Positions 42,201-51,779 of a DNA stretch of 64,000 nt are shown piece by piece. The position numbers and the translations under genes were made by a program. Position 1 is the first letter of the stretch. The number at the start of each line of letters is the position of its first letter. The notes beneath the pieces were generated by a model. The model saw only the letters and a program-made list of their open reading frames with translations. It did no database searches and was not told where the DNA came from. The DNA comes from a virus (Duplodnaviria; Heunggongvirae; Uroviricota; Caudoviricetes): positions 1 to 64,000 of the IMG/VR virus record IMGVR_UViG_3300023174_000136; one strand, 5' to 3'.

Positions 42201-44360
42201 ATGGGACGTACTAGGAAATTACAAGCTGGATTAGCTCAACGAGATTTCTCACTATTCGTTGGTGAATACGGCCATTTATTCTACGATAATGATACGGGTT
42301 TAATTAGAAGAAGTGATGGACAAACACCAGGCGGAGTTGCAATTTCCGTAAACACTAATGTTGTTACCACAGAGAGTATTCTTCCTGATGTTGATAATGT
42401 GCATGGAATAGGCACACCTGAATTGCGATGGAATCATATACACTTAGGCGATGGAGGTGTTTATTTTGACGGTGTATATAGCACTCCACAGACAGTTCCT
42501 TATATTCCAAATGCATTGACAGGAAGTCTAGTTCCAGCAGTAGACAACAACGTTAGTTTGGGTAGTACTTCCACCAGGTTTGCTAACTTGTATCTAGGAT
42601 ATCAAGGATTATTTCTAGCCGATGTCACTACTGATGCTAATGTTAATATCACTGTTAATAGCGGAACACTATACGTTGCCGGCGCCGCGAATTTAGCTAT
42701 TGGCAATCTTGTGATCCAAGACACTACATTAAAAAGTGCAAATTCAACACTTAACATTAGCATCGGAGACACCAACGACACTGGTTTTTTCTATGTAAAG
42801 CGCAAGTCACAATTTAATAATATATCATTTAGTGACACAGAACCAATGGTTTCCTTTAATGCAGCTGGTGGCATTGAACCTCTCACTATTTTCCCAGACA
42901 CCGTACTACAAACCGTAGGTCGACCAAATAAAAATAGCAGAATAATTCAGCGCGCATATGGTAGCACCAGTGAATCAGGTGGCAATAGTTCATATGCAGT
43001 GTGGGGCAGTTATGCTGCTCGAGGTACAATAGCAGCGCCACAAGCATTAAAACAAAATGACATTCTTGCAAGAGTTAGTGCTAATGGATATGGCACAAGC
43101 ACATGGACTGCAGGAGGTGCAAGAATTGAATTTATTGCGTTAGAAAATTTTACAGACACTGCTAAAGGTACCAGAATTAATTTTTGGACAACTCCTGTGG
43201 GCCAAGTTGCTTCTCAGAATGTTGCTAGTATTAATAGTGTAGGCATGGTAACATCAGGCGTAGAGTTTTCTGCAACAGGCAGGGTTCAAACAGATGCAGG
43301 AATTCCAATTACTGCCAAAGCTGTTTCAAGTGCTACATATGTGGCAACACTAGGCGTAGATGGAAAGTTAGATTCAAGTCAAATACCTACGAGCTTATCA
43401 GGTGCATTGGTGTACAAAGGCGGCTGGGATGCTAATGCGAATTCTCCGTCTCTAAGCAATGGTGTGGGCACAGACGGCTGGGAATATTCTATTACTATAA
43501 CGGGTACTCGTAGTCTAGGAACACAAACAGGCACATTAACGTATGAAGCGGGTGGATTTATAATCTACGGTGCAGGAATTTGGAACTATACTCCGCCATT
43601 TAGTAATTTTACATATGTTACTGCTGCCAGCGGATCACATATTCGAATTAATAACAATCAAGGCACACAGGAAACCGGAGTTATTGGAATAAGTTTAGAT
43701 GCTACTCCTACTGCATCCACTTCAACTATAGTAAGCCGTGATGGCAGTGGAAACTTTGCCGCAAATATGATTACTGCTAATCTAACAGGAGTAGTAACTG
43801 GATCAGTAAGTGGCAATGCTGGAAGTGTTTCTAATGGTGTTTATACTATTGGCGATCAAACAATAGGTGGAACTAAAACTTTTACCAGCGTTATACAGGG
43901 TACCATAACCAGTGCAACTCTTGCCGCTAGTGTAGTTGGTGGTATAGGAGTAGCCTCTCTTACGGCAGGAACTGGCACAGTGGTATCAGCTTCTACTGGA
44001 GCAGTGACTGTGTGGATTAACACCGCTACATTAGTTGCAAATGCAGTGTCAGCTACTACATCCAGCCGTGCAACGACCGCAACAAATCTCGCAGTTGCTA
44101 CTTCAATACTTGCTGGAACATTATCAGCGGCCACTGGGAATATTGGTAAAAACTCGATTGCTACAGTGACATATACAATAACAGGATTGACTACCAGTCA
44201 TAAGATTATAATAACTCCAGGCACAGATATGCCAGATCATCAATTTGCGGTAACAGCAGCTTATGCCAGTGCTCTCAATACAGTTAGTATACAGTATGCT
44301 AATAATAGCGGCAATGCTATTAGTGTTACATTAAATATAAATTATTTTGCGTTTGTATAA
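42201..44360 (+). CDS. tail fibre-like protein (719 aa)
   Basis: AGGAG RBS. The N-terminus LFVGEYGHLFYDNDTGLIRRSDGQTPGG is related to that of the 44978 protein. The C-terminus carries one copy of the ATLVANAVSATTSS repeat seen in the 18714 fibre. Confidence 0.6.
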   Translation: MGRTRKLQAGLAQRDFSLFVGEYGHLFYDNDTGLIRRSDGQTPGGVAISVNTNVVTTESILPDVDNVHGIGTPELRWNHIHLGDGGVYFDGVYSTPQTVPYIPNALTGSLVPAVDNNVSLGSTSTRFANLYLGYQGLFLADVTTDANVNITVNSGTLYVAGAANLAIGNLVIQDTTLKSANSTLNISIGDTNDTGFFYVKRKSQFNNISFSDTEPMVSFNAAGGIEPLTIFPDTVLQTVGRPNKNSRIIQRAYGSTSESGGNSSYAVWGSYAARGTIAAPQALKQNDILARVSANGYGTSTWTAGGARIEFIALENFTDTAKGTRINFWTTPVGQVASQNVASINSVGMVTSGVEFSATGRVQTDAGIPITAKAVSSATYVATLGVDGKLDSSQIPTSLSGALVYKGGWDANANSPSLSNGVGTDGWEYSITITGTRSLGTQTGTLTYEAGGFIIYGAGIWNYTPPFSNFTYVTAASGSHIRINNNQGTQETGVIGISLDATPTASTSTIVSRDGSGNFAANMITANLTGVVTGSVSGNAGSVSNGVYTIGDQTIGGTKTFTSVIQGTITSATLAASVVGGIGVASLTAGTGTVVSASTGAVTVWINTATLVANAVSATTSSRATTATNLAVATSILAGTLSAATGNIGKNSIATVTYTITGLTTSHKIIITPGTDMPDHQFAVTAAYASALNTVSIQYANNSGNAISVTLNINYFAFV

Positions 44361-44614
44361 TGGATAAGCAGTTGAAAAATCCTGTAGTTAAAGGTACTTG
44401 TGATTCCAGTAAATGCGGCGCTATATGTTGTTATACTAAGATTTTCGATAATCAAGGAAAATTTGTACTTGAACCGTGTGAATATCTTGACACAGTTGAA
44501 TTAAAGTGTAAAATATACGAAACACGACCTGAAGGATGCAGGACATATCCTATGGTTAATAATTTGAAATCATATATACATCCTGGTTGTGGATATTATC
44601 TAGATGAAGAATAA
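44360..44614 (+). CDS. Cys-rich YkgJ-type putative zinc/iron-chelating domain protein
   Basis: CDSSKCGAICC...CEYLD...CKIYETRPEGCRTYP. The CxxCGxCC core is typical of the YkgJ/UPF0153 domain. Confidence 0.45.
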   Translation: MDKQLKNPVVKGTCDSSKCGAICCYTKIFDNQGKFVLEPCEYLDTVELKCKIYETRPEGCRTYPMVNNLKSYIHPGCGYYLDEE

Positions 44615-44673
44615 GTAAATTTTGAGAACGATATACTTATAAATAACAATAAGAATCAAAAGGCGTAAATTTT

Positions 44674-44967
44674 ATGAGAGCGGCAGAATTTTTAAGAGGA
44701 TTAGTTGACATGGTTTCCTCGATGGACCGTGCAACTCCTATTGTGTTTAACGTCACTGTCAATGATTCTGCTCCTGCTGCTCCGGTAGTTGTAAATGTGA
44801 ATAATGGCGCAACTGCTGCACCTGAAAAAGAAGAACCAGTAGTAGACGATGATGTTGGTCAATTCGTTCCTCCACTACAGGCAAAAATTGAATTACTTAA
44901 AAAGTCATCAAACGTTAAATCTGTTTTCGATACAGCGGCCGATGAGGACGAACCTTTCGAAGGATAA
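44674..44967 (+). CDS. small acidic protein, paralog of the 41887 gene
   Basis: The N-terminus is MRAAEFLRGLVD. The peptide contains PPLQAKIELLKKSSNV. Confidence 0.5.
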   Translation: MRAAEFLRGLVDMVSSMDRATPIVFNVTVNDSAPAAPVVVNVNNGATAAPEKEEPVVDDDVGQFVPPLQAKIELLKKSSNVKSVFDTAADEDEPFEG

Positions 44968-44977
44968 GGAATAACAC

Positions 44978-45295
44978 ATGTCCTTTATCCAAAAATTCAA
45001 CACCAGTTTTCAACGGTATAATAACGGCGATACTCGTATCGGCGAGATCAATCGTATATGGTACGATGCCAACACCAATACACTAAGGATTGGTGATGGA
45101 ACACCCGGTGGCCGATTAATTTCAGGAGGAACCGGCACCGGTACTTCAGTAATTACTGCTGCTACCACTTCTACTCTAGGTGGAATTTATGTCGGACCAG
45201 CGGGATATATATTACAAAGTGATGGAACTACTGCAACATGGGTTGCAACAACTGACTTATTAAATCTTGCCTCAATTGATGGCGGAACTTACTAA
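44978..45295 (+). CDS. short fibre-like protein
   Basis: AAGGA RBS. The N-terminus RIGEINRIWYDANTNTLRIGDGTPGG is shared with the 42201 protein. Confidence 0.5.
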   Translation: MSFIQKFNTSFQRYNNGDTRIGEINRIWYDANTNTLRIGDGTPGGRLISGGTGTGTSVITAATTSTLGGIYVGPAGYILQSDGTTATWVATTDLLNLASIDGGTY

Positions 45296-45305
45296 AGGAA
45301 ACAAA

Positions 45306-45950
45306 ATGAAAAAACTATTCTATGCATTATTACTATTTTTACCATCGACAGCATTTGCAAGTCCATGTGATCAATTCTATCCTAATGGTAAAGAAATCGT
45401 AGTACCTGATACAACGGTACTTTGTAATTCATTCTTTGTGTCAGTTTTTGATCAAAAAACACATGCAAATATTTTTTCATCGGAAATAGTTCAGCCAAGG
45501 ATCAAAAAGGTGGAACGTACTAACAACTTTCGTGCTGACAAACGAATTCCAAACTCTCCCACGCCGGAAGATTATACCAATACGGGCTACGATAGAGGAC
45601 ATATGGTACCTGCGGCTGACGCTGACGATCAAGTTGAAATGAGCGACACATTTCTCATGACTAATATGACTCCACAGCTGCCTTCTGTGAATCGTATAGC
45701 ATGGAAGAACCTAGAGGATCGTGTTCGCTCAGTGCCATTTAAGTACGTTGTTACAGGTGCATATTACAGTTCTGCGCCAAAAACAATTGGTGTCCATGAA
45801 GTTCCAGTTCCTGATATGCTATATAAGGTGGTGTTTTTTGAGAGCGGAAATACCGCAGTTTATATCGTAGACAACATTGTTCCTAAATCAACTATTTCTA
45901 CGATGAGTTTAGATGCACTAGAAGCTAAAATTGGTTACAAACTACGCTGA
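45306..45950 (+). CDS. secreted non-specific DNA/RNA endonuclease (Serratia NucA/EndoG family)
   Basis: AAAGGAAACAAAATG start with signal peptide MKKLFYALLLFLPSTAFASP. The DRGH catalytic motif is present in GYDRGHMVPAADA. The track's ORF 45267 is in the same frame. Confidence 0.75.
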   Translation: MKKLFYALLLFLPSTAFASPCDQFYPNGKEIVVPDTTVLCNSFFVSVFDQKTHANIFSSEIVQPRIKKVERTNNFRADKRIPNSPTPEDYTNTGYDRGHMVPAADADDQVEMSDTFLMTNMTPQLPSVNRIAWKNLEDRVRSVPFKYVVTGAYYSSAPKTIGVHEVPVPDMLYKVVFFESGNTAVYIVDNIVPKSTISTMSLDALEAKIGYKLR

Positions 45951-45956
45951 AAATAA

Positions 45957-45995
45957 AAGGCACTCATCAAATCAATGATGAGTGCCTTATTTCTT
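45957..45995. terminator. hairpin terminator, possibly bidirectional
   Basis: A 12-bp stem aaggcactcatc / gatgagtgcctt with a 7-nt loop, followed by atttctt. It lies between convergent genes. Confidence 0.55.
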
Positions 45996-46057
45996 ATAAA
46001 ATATATTACTTAATTACGGGCTATGCCCCACATACATTATTATTTTTAGTAATATTA

Positions 46058-46330
46058 TTATTTCTTGGTTGCACCTGCGTTAACAAATGCATACATCTTT
46101 TCGGCAGTTTCAATTACTTTTTCGAGACCAGGAAATTCAGGCATGCCCACCGTAGTTACAAGTTGTCCTGTCTTTTGGTCTCGCTCAGTAGACATTTCCC
46201 AACCATTGAACTTAAAGTGAAACTCTTCAGCTACAAGTTCTTTGGCCAACTTTAAAATATCACTGCGGATTTCATATCCGTTCTTGTTGAACTTAACTTC
46301 TGGTAGTTTTGGCATTTCAAATGATGACAT
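46058..46330 (-). CDS. hypothetical protein
   Basis: Minus-strand ORF of 90 aa with an AGGAA RBS. Confidence 0.45.
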   Translation of the reverse strand: MSSFEMPKLPEVKFNKNGYEIRSDILKLAKELVAEEFHFKFNGWEMSTERDQKTGQLVTTVGMPEFPGLEKVIETAEKMYAFVNAGATKK

Positions 46331-46460
46331 AATAATTCCTTTCTGTGTATGTCTGTCACAGCATTCACTGTTGCTGTATTATATATTTATAATTTTGTAA
46401 AATCAAATGAAAAAAATAATATTGTTGTAAAATCTATAAATACAACAAAGGAAAAGATTA

Positions 46461-46760
46461 GTGAAACGTCAAACCCGCAGCTTACTTGAAGAACTCAACG
46501 ATATCTCTGTTAAAAAAGATACGGAAGCAGTAGTTGAAAGTAGAGCAGTACACGTTATTAATAGTGCAATTAATCTTCTAGGATTAATAAGAGAACACTT
46601 TGAGCCAGATGCTGCATACGAATTAGAAAGACGTTTATTAAACTCGATCAAAGGCAGTGACCCTGCTAAATTCACCAGAGGTATTCGCAAAATACGTGAT
46701 TCTCGCATAGTCAAAAATAATCTCAAAGTCATTACTGGTGATGTAAAAGACGACGATTAA
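46461..46760 (+). CDS. hypothetical protein (GTG start)
   Basis: AAAGGA RBS before the GTG. 99 aa. Confidence 0.4.
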   Translation: MKRQTRSLLEELNDISVKKDTEAVVESRAVHVINSAINLLGLIREHFEPDAAYELERRLLNSIKGSDPAKFTRGIRKIRDSRIVKNNLKVITGDVKDDD

Positions 46761-46843
46761 CTCCTATTTTTTTGATTTTTTAATAAATAATTATATCAAA
46801 ATACTTCGGAGCGAAGTATATTGTCATAAGAGGAGAATTTAAT

Positions 46844-47248
46844 ATGGCATACGGAATTACACGAGTTAACGGTGGTGCACTACCAACAACGGAAGCTCAA
46901 GCAAGAACTCAGGGAACTTTTCACGGCGGTTATCAAATTCGTTGGTTTGAAGTGGCAGATACAGGATATGACACTACTCCAGGCATCGTAGACAGCAATT
47001 TTGAAAAAGCTGTCCGCGCAATTCAAAACCTTGCAACTATTGTTGTGCTTGGTGTTCCAGGATCAGCCGGTTTCATCGTTGGTGTTGATGGTGGATCATA
47101 TTACGGTCGCGGCGACAATACTGGTTATGCAGCTAATGAAAGTGCAGCAGACCTTGAGTCAGCAATTGAAGCAGCAGTTCCAACATGCACTGTTACTGAA
47201 AAGTATCTTGGTGGTGGTACCGGTCTAGTATTCACAACTGTTTCGTAA
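46844..47248 (+). CDS. probably highly expressed small virion protein
   Basis: Strong RBS AAGAGGAG and a strong terminator directly downstream. 134 aa, Gly/Ala/Thr-rich. Confidence 0.55.
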   Translation: MAYGITRVNGGALPTTEAQARTQGTFHGGYQIRWFEVADTGYDTTPGIVDSNFEKAVRAIQNLATIVVLGVPGSAGFIVGVDGGSYYGRGDNTGYAANESAADLESAIEAAVPTCTVTEKYLGGGTGLVFTTVS

Positions 47249-47270
47249 TTAATACTTAACAAACTAATGG

Positions 47271-47299
47271 AAAAGGGGGTTTTAGCCCCCTTTTCTTTT
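47271..47299 (+). terminator. strong rho-independent terminator
   Basis: aaaaggggg-ttttag-ccccctttt followed by cttttg. Confidence 0.7.
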
Positions 47300-47327
47300 G
47301 ACTATAAATATCAACAACAGGTTGATA

Positions 47328-47741
47328 ATGGAAATAATAGAAATTAAAACATTGGTTGATATTACCAATACCAATGTTAGACGAGTAAATCAAGGCACTC
47401 AGTTGCAATTTTTCCAATTTAGAAATTGGACAACTCTATTGCAATGCATTAGTTTACGATCAAATATTGAATATGAACATGATCCATATTTTAAAGAGAT
47501 AGATATAACAGGAATGGGATTCGGTAAAAACTATTCAGGAATTCATAAAATCTGGACATTTAGTTTTACTCCAGCTCAATCAGACACCTTTTTTAACTTA
47601 AATGATCAAACTTTTCTATTAAGAGAAGACCTGGTCAATGTTCCAATTATCATAAATTTAACAGAAACGATAAATATCAAGAATGCGTTATTCGATTTGG
47701 ATTCCGCAGACTTTTGTAACACCATTGTTAAGGCATTTTAG
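47328..47741 (+). CDS. hypothetical protein
   Basis: An ATG in the same frame as the track's ORF 47298 (TTG). 138 aa. Confidence 0.4.
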   Translation: MEIIEIKTLVDITNTNVRRVNQGTQLQFFQFRNWTTLLQCISLRSNIEYEHDPYFKEIDITGMGFGKNYSGIHKIWTFSFTPAQSDTFFNLNDQTFLLREDLVNVPIIINLTETINIKNALFDLDSADFCNTIVKAF

Positions 47742-47794
47742 GCATATCACAGGCATCAATAGACAACCATAATTTATTTCCTGGGAGGAATGAC

Positions 47795-48031
47795 ATGTCT
47801 ACACCAACTGATTTAGAGAAAACAAGTCTGGAAGCTCACGTTGATTTGTGTGCAATTCGTTACAGTCAATTAGAAAATAGACTAACAGTTATTGAAAGTA
47901 AAGTGAGTACATTACAGAGTACAATTGAGAAAAGTCACATGAGCATGATAAAAGTTCTTGTGGGAACAGCAGGAACGGTCATCACCGGCGTCATCTCGAC
48001 GATTATTGTTATTTTAATGAATGCGAATTGA
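47795..48031 (+). CDS. small protein with a coiled-coil and a C-terminal transmembrane helix
   Basis: GGGAGG RBS. The C-terminus is LVGTAGTVITGVISTIIVILM. Confidence 0.45.
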   Translation: MSTPTDLEKTSLEAHVDLCAIRYSQLENRLTVIESKVSTLQSTIEKSHMSMIKVLVGTAGTVITGVISTIIVILMNAN

Positions 48032-48034
48032 TAT

Positions 48035-48370
48035 ATGAGAGCCAGAGAGTTCATTAGTAAAAATATTACAAATGAAGCCGGTATTTTTGATACTTTGGCA
48101 AAAGGAACTCCTGCACCTACCCAAGTGGGTAAAATAACATCCGTTGGTACAAATCAGACAGGGCAATCTTCAGGAGGGCCCTTGTCTACAACAGGTACGA
48201 TGTTACAAAATAAAGACACTGCATCTAATTCATCAAATACTTCTGATAAAACCCCACAACAAATTCTTGCAAATAAACAGCAGCAACAGCTCACTATGAA
48301 TAATTTAGATAAAATTGCTGCACAAATTGTTGCTCTTAAGCAAAATTTAATCAAACAGCAAACATCATGA
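48035..48370 (+). CDS. hypothetical Gln/Thr-rich protein
   Basis: 111 aa. The N-terminus MRAREF resembles that of the 44674 protein. Confidence 0.45.
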   Translation: MRAREFISKNITNEAGIFDTLAKGTPAPTQVGKITSVGTNQTGQSSGGPLSTTGTMLQNKDTASNSSNTSDKTPQQILANKQQQQLTMNNLDKIAAQIVALKQNLIKQQTS

Positions 48371-48585
48371 AAATTCATCAGATTCTAGGTGCACCGGCAA
48401 TTATTCTCACTAATGAAGAGCGTAATTTTATTTTTAGTCATAGTCCTAAAATTTCAATAAGTAAACTCATTGATCGCGATGAAGTAGTAGCAAGAACCTT
48501 GGTACGAAAAGGCGTTTATGAAGTTAGTGATGACAGTCAAAGTATTTTATTGAAGACTGCGAAAGTAAACAAGAATTTACTCTGA
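48367..48585 (+). CDS. hypothetical protein
   Basis: ATGA-coupled. 72 aa. Confidence 0.4.
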   Translation: MKIHQILGAPAIILTNEERNFIFSHSPKISISKLIDRDEVVARTLVRKGVYEVSDDSQSILLKTAKVNKNLL

Positions 48586-48620
48586 GATAAATATACTTAC
48601 TACAAATTTTGGAAACAAAT

Positions 48621-50636
48621 ATGAAAACATTTGAAATAAACCAACCTGTTACAGCCGCTGCTCTGAACGAGAGTTTGCACAAGCAATTCAATGTCAGAAT
48701 TAATTTTGACAAGTACACACGAGCGCAGTTAGAGGATTATCGAAATATTCTCAGAACTAAGGTTCATCAACTTGAAGGTGAAGCGAACTTCAATGATCTT
48801 TTGACCAATGAGAATTATCAACGGGACAAGTTTGTTTTGGGTGTTTTAAATACCAAAATAAAAGAAATGCTAGGCGAAGCAAAATTAGCTGAAAAAGCAG
48901 TAAGCAAGGCGCAGCAGAGATTCATGGGAATGGTCCATGCTGCACAGAAGGGCGAGAAGCCTGCTAGTAAAAAAGTTGCCAATGCTGCTAGAGAAATGAG
49001 CAAGAAAGCTGCCAAGGATTTTGCAGCAACTAAACACAAGGGCCTCCCCGCTCACATTTCAGAATCAATGCATAATAATTTCATGTTCACCACAGAAATT
49101 GAAGACCCACGAAATCCAGGTGATTACATTGATGTCGGTATAAATTATACATATGTTCCTGAAGAACCAGAAACTGGTCCCTCATATTATTCAGGCGGTG
49201 AACCAGGGAGTGCTGCCGGATTCGAAGACCTTGAAGTAATCAATCTGGCAACTGGGCAAGATATTACAAATCTCGTTGACGAACGGTCATTAGAGAATGA
49301 AATTATGCATGACGCAGAAGAACGTCAAGACGCCGAGCATCATGATCGAGGCGATTGGGAATACGAGCGTAGCCGCGAACACAATTATCACGAAGGTAGA
49401 ACAAACATGACAAACAGAATTTCCGAAGCTAAAAAGAAGGCAAAACCAGACTATCTTGATCTAGATAAAGACGGCAACAAGCGAGAGCCAATGAAGGGTG
49501 CAGCAAAGTCTGCTAAGAAGGTCAAAGAAGCACAGGTAAACGAACTTGGTCGTGGTACTGTGGCTTCTTATGCTAAACAACGCACGAGTCAAATGGCGAA
49601 TGATGCTGCGGCTTCGGGATATGCTTCAGGCAGACGAGCCCAGGCTAGTTCGAATGCTGAACGTGATGCAGTTCCTTCTCCGAAGGGAATGAAGCAGCCA
49701 TTTACTAAAATGAATGCAGTCAACACTGCATTTGATAAACTAGCTGGCACTGCTAGAGTTCCAGCCAAGGAAGGCAAGAACGCAAAACCAGACTATCTTG
49801 ATCTAGATAAAGACGGCAACAAGCGAGAGCCAATGAAAAAGGCTGCCAAAGATGCTAAGAAAAAGAAGATGGCAGAAGGCAAGATGAGTGCAGCCGAGAG
49901 AGCACACCACCACGCAGTAGAATATGAACGTCATCACAAGCAGGGTAATCTAGAAATGGCCCTACATCATAGAGATGCATGTGATGAATGTGGTGGTATG
50001 ATTCAACACGGTCCAATGGGCGAATGCTGGCACATGCACTCTGGTAAAAATGGTGGTACACCTTATCGCGTAAGTGATGATACTGCACATAATATGATAA
50101 TGACTCAGGAAAGTCGCAAGTTTTTCAGACTTCGTAGAACTGCAATTGCCGAAAGTATTGCAACTTACATCGCGGAAGATGAAGAAGGCAAAGCAAAAGC
50201 AATCACTGCCGGATCCGATATGGTAAACGATTTTACAACATGGATGCAGCGAGTTGGTAACTATCAGACTAAGTCGATGATTGAGTTGGCTGACAATATT
50301 CGCGCAAACTTTGGAGTTCAAGAGGCAGAACGATTTAAAGGCACAGTTGGACAAGCACTTGAGGGTGCATTGCAGTCGCTAACTGCTACCCGTGAGGAAA
50401 TCAATAATGCAGTTGCGGTACTAGCTGGTGAAGCGCCTGCTGAAGAACAAATGGGACAAGAGCCCATGCTTGGTAACGAAAATCCAATGCAACCAGGTGA
50501 TGAATACACCGATCAGGGAGCAGACGATGAATTTGCAGCAAGCGATGCAGCGGCTGGCGGTATCGAAACAGCAGGCCGTATGAAGAGAGAAAGCATCGAG
50601 CGCGGCAATCGCTTGATGAGAATTCTAGGATCATAA
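48621..50636 (+). CDS. large charged protein (scaffold/internal-virion candidate) with two copies of a KPDYLDLDKDGNKREPMK motif and a His/Cys-rich segment
   Basis: AKPDYLDLDKDGNKREPMK occurs twice; DLDKDGN is a DxDxDG calcium-loop-like motif. A His/Cys-rich stretch HHHAVEYERHHKQGN...CDECGG...CWHMH is present. ATG 48621 is in the same frame as the track's TTG at 48609. Confidence 0.55.
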   Translation: MKTFEINQPVTAAALNESLHKQFNVRINFDKYTRAQLEDYRNILRTKVHQLEGEANFNDLLTNENYQRDKFVLGVLNTKIKEMLGEAKLAEKAVSKAQQRFMGMVHAAQKGEKPASKKVANAAREMSKKAAKDFAATKHKGLPAHISESMHNNFMFTTEIEDPRNPGDYIDVGINYTYVPEEPETGPSYYSGGEPGSAAGFEDLEVINLATGQDITNLVDERSLENEIMHDAEERQDAEHHDRGDWEYERSREHNYHEGRTNMTNRISEAKKKAKPDYLDLDKDGNKREPMKGAAKSAKKVKEAQVNELGRGTVASYAKQRTSQMANDAAASGYASGRRAQASSNAERDAVPSPKGMKQPFTKMNAVNTAFDKLAGTARVPAKEGKNAKPDYLDLDKDGNKREPMKKAAKDAKKKKMAEGKMSAAERAHHHAVEYERHHKQGNLEMALHHRDACDECGGMIQHGPMGECWHMHSGKNGGTPYRVSDDTAHNMIMTQESRKFFRLRRTAIAESIATYIAEDEEGKAKAITAGSDMVNDFTTWMQRVGNYQTKSMIELADNIRANFGVQEAERFKGTVGQALEGALQSLTATREEINNAVAVLAGEAPAEEQMGQEPMLGNENPMQPGDEYTDQGADDEFAASDAAAGGIETAGRMKRESIERGNRLMRILGS

Positions 50637-50989
50637 TGCGTCTTTACGAACTAGCCGGTAGCATGTTTCAGGATGATCTTTTGAATATCCTAAAAGTAAT
50701 GCAAGGTCGTGCTATAAGCAAACATTCGGAATCTATTATATCTTGGACAGCAATTAACAACCTGCTGATGCCTCGTGGTCACGGAAGGGTCAGTAAAGAA
50801 ATATTGGAAAAGATCCAAGATCAGCTTGATCCTGATGGCAGCATAATTCAAGTTGTAGATGATTTTGGAATAACATTGAATACTGGCGAAAGTGATGTAC
50901 CAGAGGAGGAACCACTAGAAATGCCTGGTTCCTCCGCAAAATCTGTTGATCAAATGGCACATAATGTAGTTCAAAAAGAGTTGAAATAA
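50636..50989 (+). CDS. hypothetical protein
   Basis: ATAATG overlap. 117 aa. Confidence 0.45.
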   Translation: MRLYELAGSMFQDDLLNILKVMQGRAISKHSESIISWTAINNLLMPRGHGRVSKEILEKIQDQLDPDGSIIQVVDDFGITLNTGESDVPEEEPLEMPGSSAKSVDQMAHNVVQKELK

Positions 50990-51016
50990 TTAACAAAATG
51001 TTGTACAATATTGTAT

Positions 51017-51742
51017 ATGACAACTATAACTCCTCCTCCATTCGTTGAAAAATTTCAATATCAAACTTGTAAACAAATTAATGATCCTATAACCGGAAAA
51101 CGAGTCTACGCTACTCCTGATGGTGAACGACTACCATCAGTTACGACCATTCTAGGTGCAACCAAAGACATGACAGCACTCAATGAGTGGCGCAATAGAG
51201 TAGGACACGATAAAGCCAATCAAATTACCAGAGAAGCCGCCGGAGTAGGTACTGCCATGCATGCCAATTTGGAGCGTTATCTAAAGGGTGAGCAAAGACA
51301 GCCGGGCAACAATCCAGTACATATAAAAGCAAATGCCATGGCAGACCAAATCATTCACCATGGATTGAGTAAAGTTAACGAAGTGTGGGCAATGGAACAG
51401 TCGTTGTATTTTCCGGGGCTATATTCGGGAACGACCGATTTAGTTGCAGTGTATGATGGCGAGCCTGCAATTTGTGACCACAAACAAACCAATAAACCTA
51501 AGAAAGCTGAATATGTCGAGGATTATAAAATTCAGTTAGTAGCATATGCAATGGCACACAATCAAGTATATGGCACTGATATTCGTCGTGGAGTAGTATT
51601 CATGTGTAGCCGTGGCAATGATTCTGTAAAAGTTGGCGGCGAAACATATCAACAGTTTGATTTATTGCCTGATGATTTTAACAAGTATCAAGATATGTGG
51701 CTTTCAAAAATTGAAGAGTATTATGCCGCCGACAAGAGATAG
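51017..51742 (+). CDS. PD-(D/E)XK-family nuclease (RecB/Cas4-like core without an Fe-S cluster)
   Basis: GTTDLVAVYDGEPAICDHKQTN has a D...D-H-K arrangement. KIQLVAYAMAH is the QxxxY motif. The ATG is in the same frame as the track's ORF 51011. Confidence 0.5.
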   Translation: MTTITPPPFVEKFQYQTCKQINDPITGKRVYATPDGERLPSVTTILGATKDMTALNEWRNRVGHDKANQITREAAGVGTAMHANLERYLKGEQRQPGNNPVHIKANAMADQIIHHGLSKVNEVWAMEQSLYFPGLYSGTTDLVAVYDGEPAICDHKQTNKPKKAEYVEDYKIQLVAYAMAHNQVYGTDIRRGVVFMCSRGNDSVKVGGETYQQFDLLPDDFNKYQDMWLSKIEEYYAADKR

Positions 51743-51779
51743 ACTGTTCAGATAAATACTTTGTATTAGGAGAATCTAG

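Noticed and set aside
43856-44134. 92-aa minus-strand ORF
   Set aside because: It is antisense to the 42201-44360 fibre gene in its Thr/Ala/Val-rich low-complexity region.
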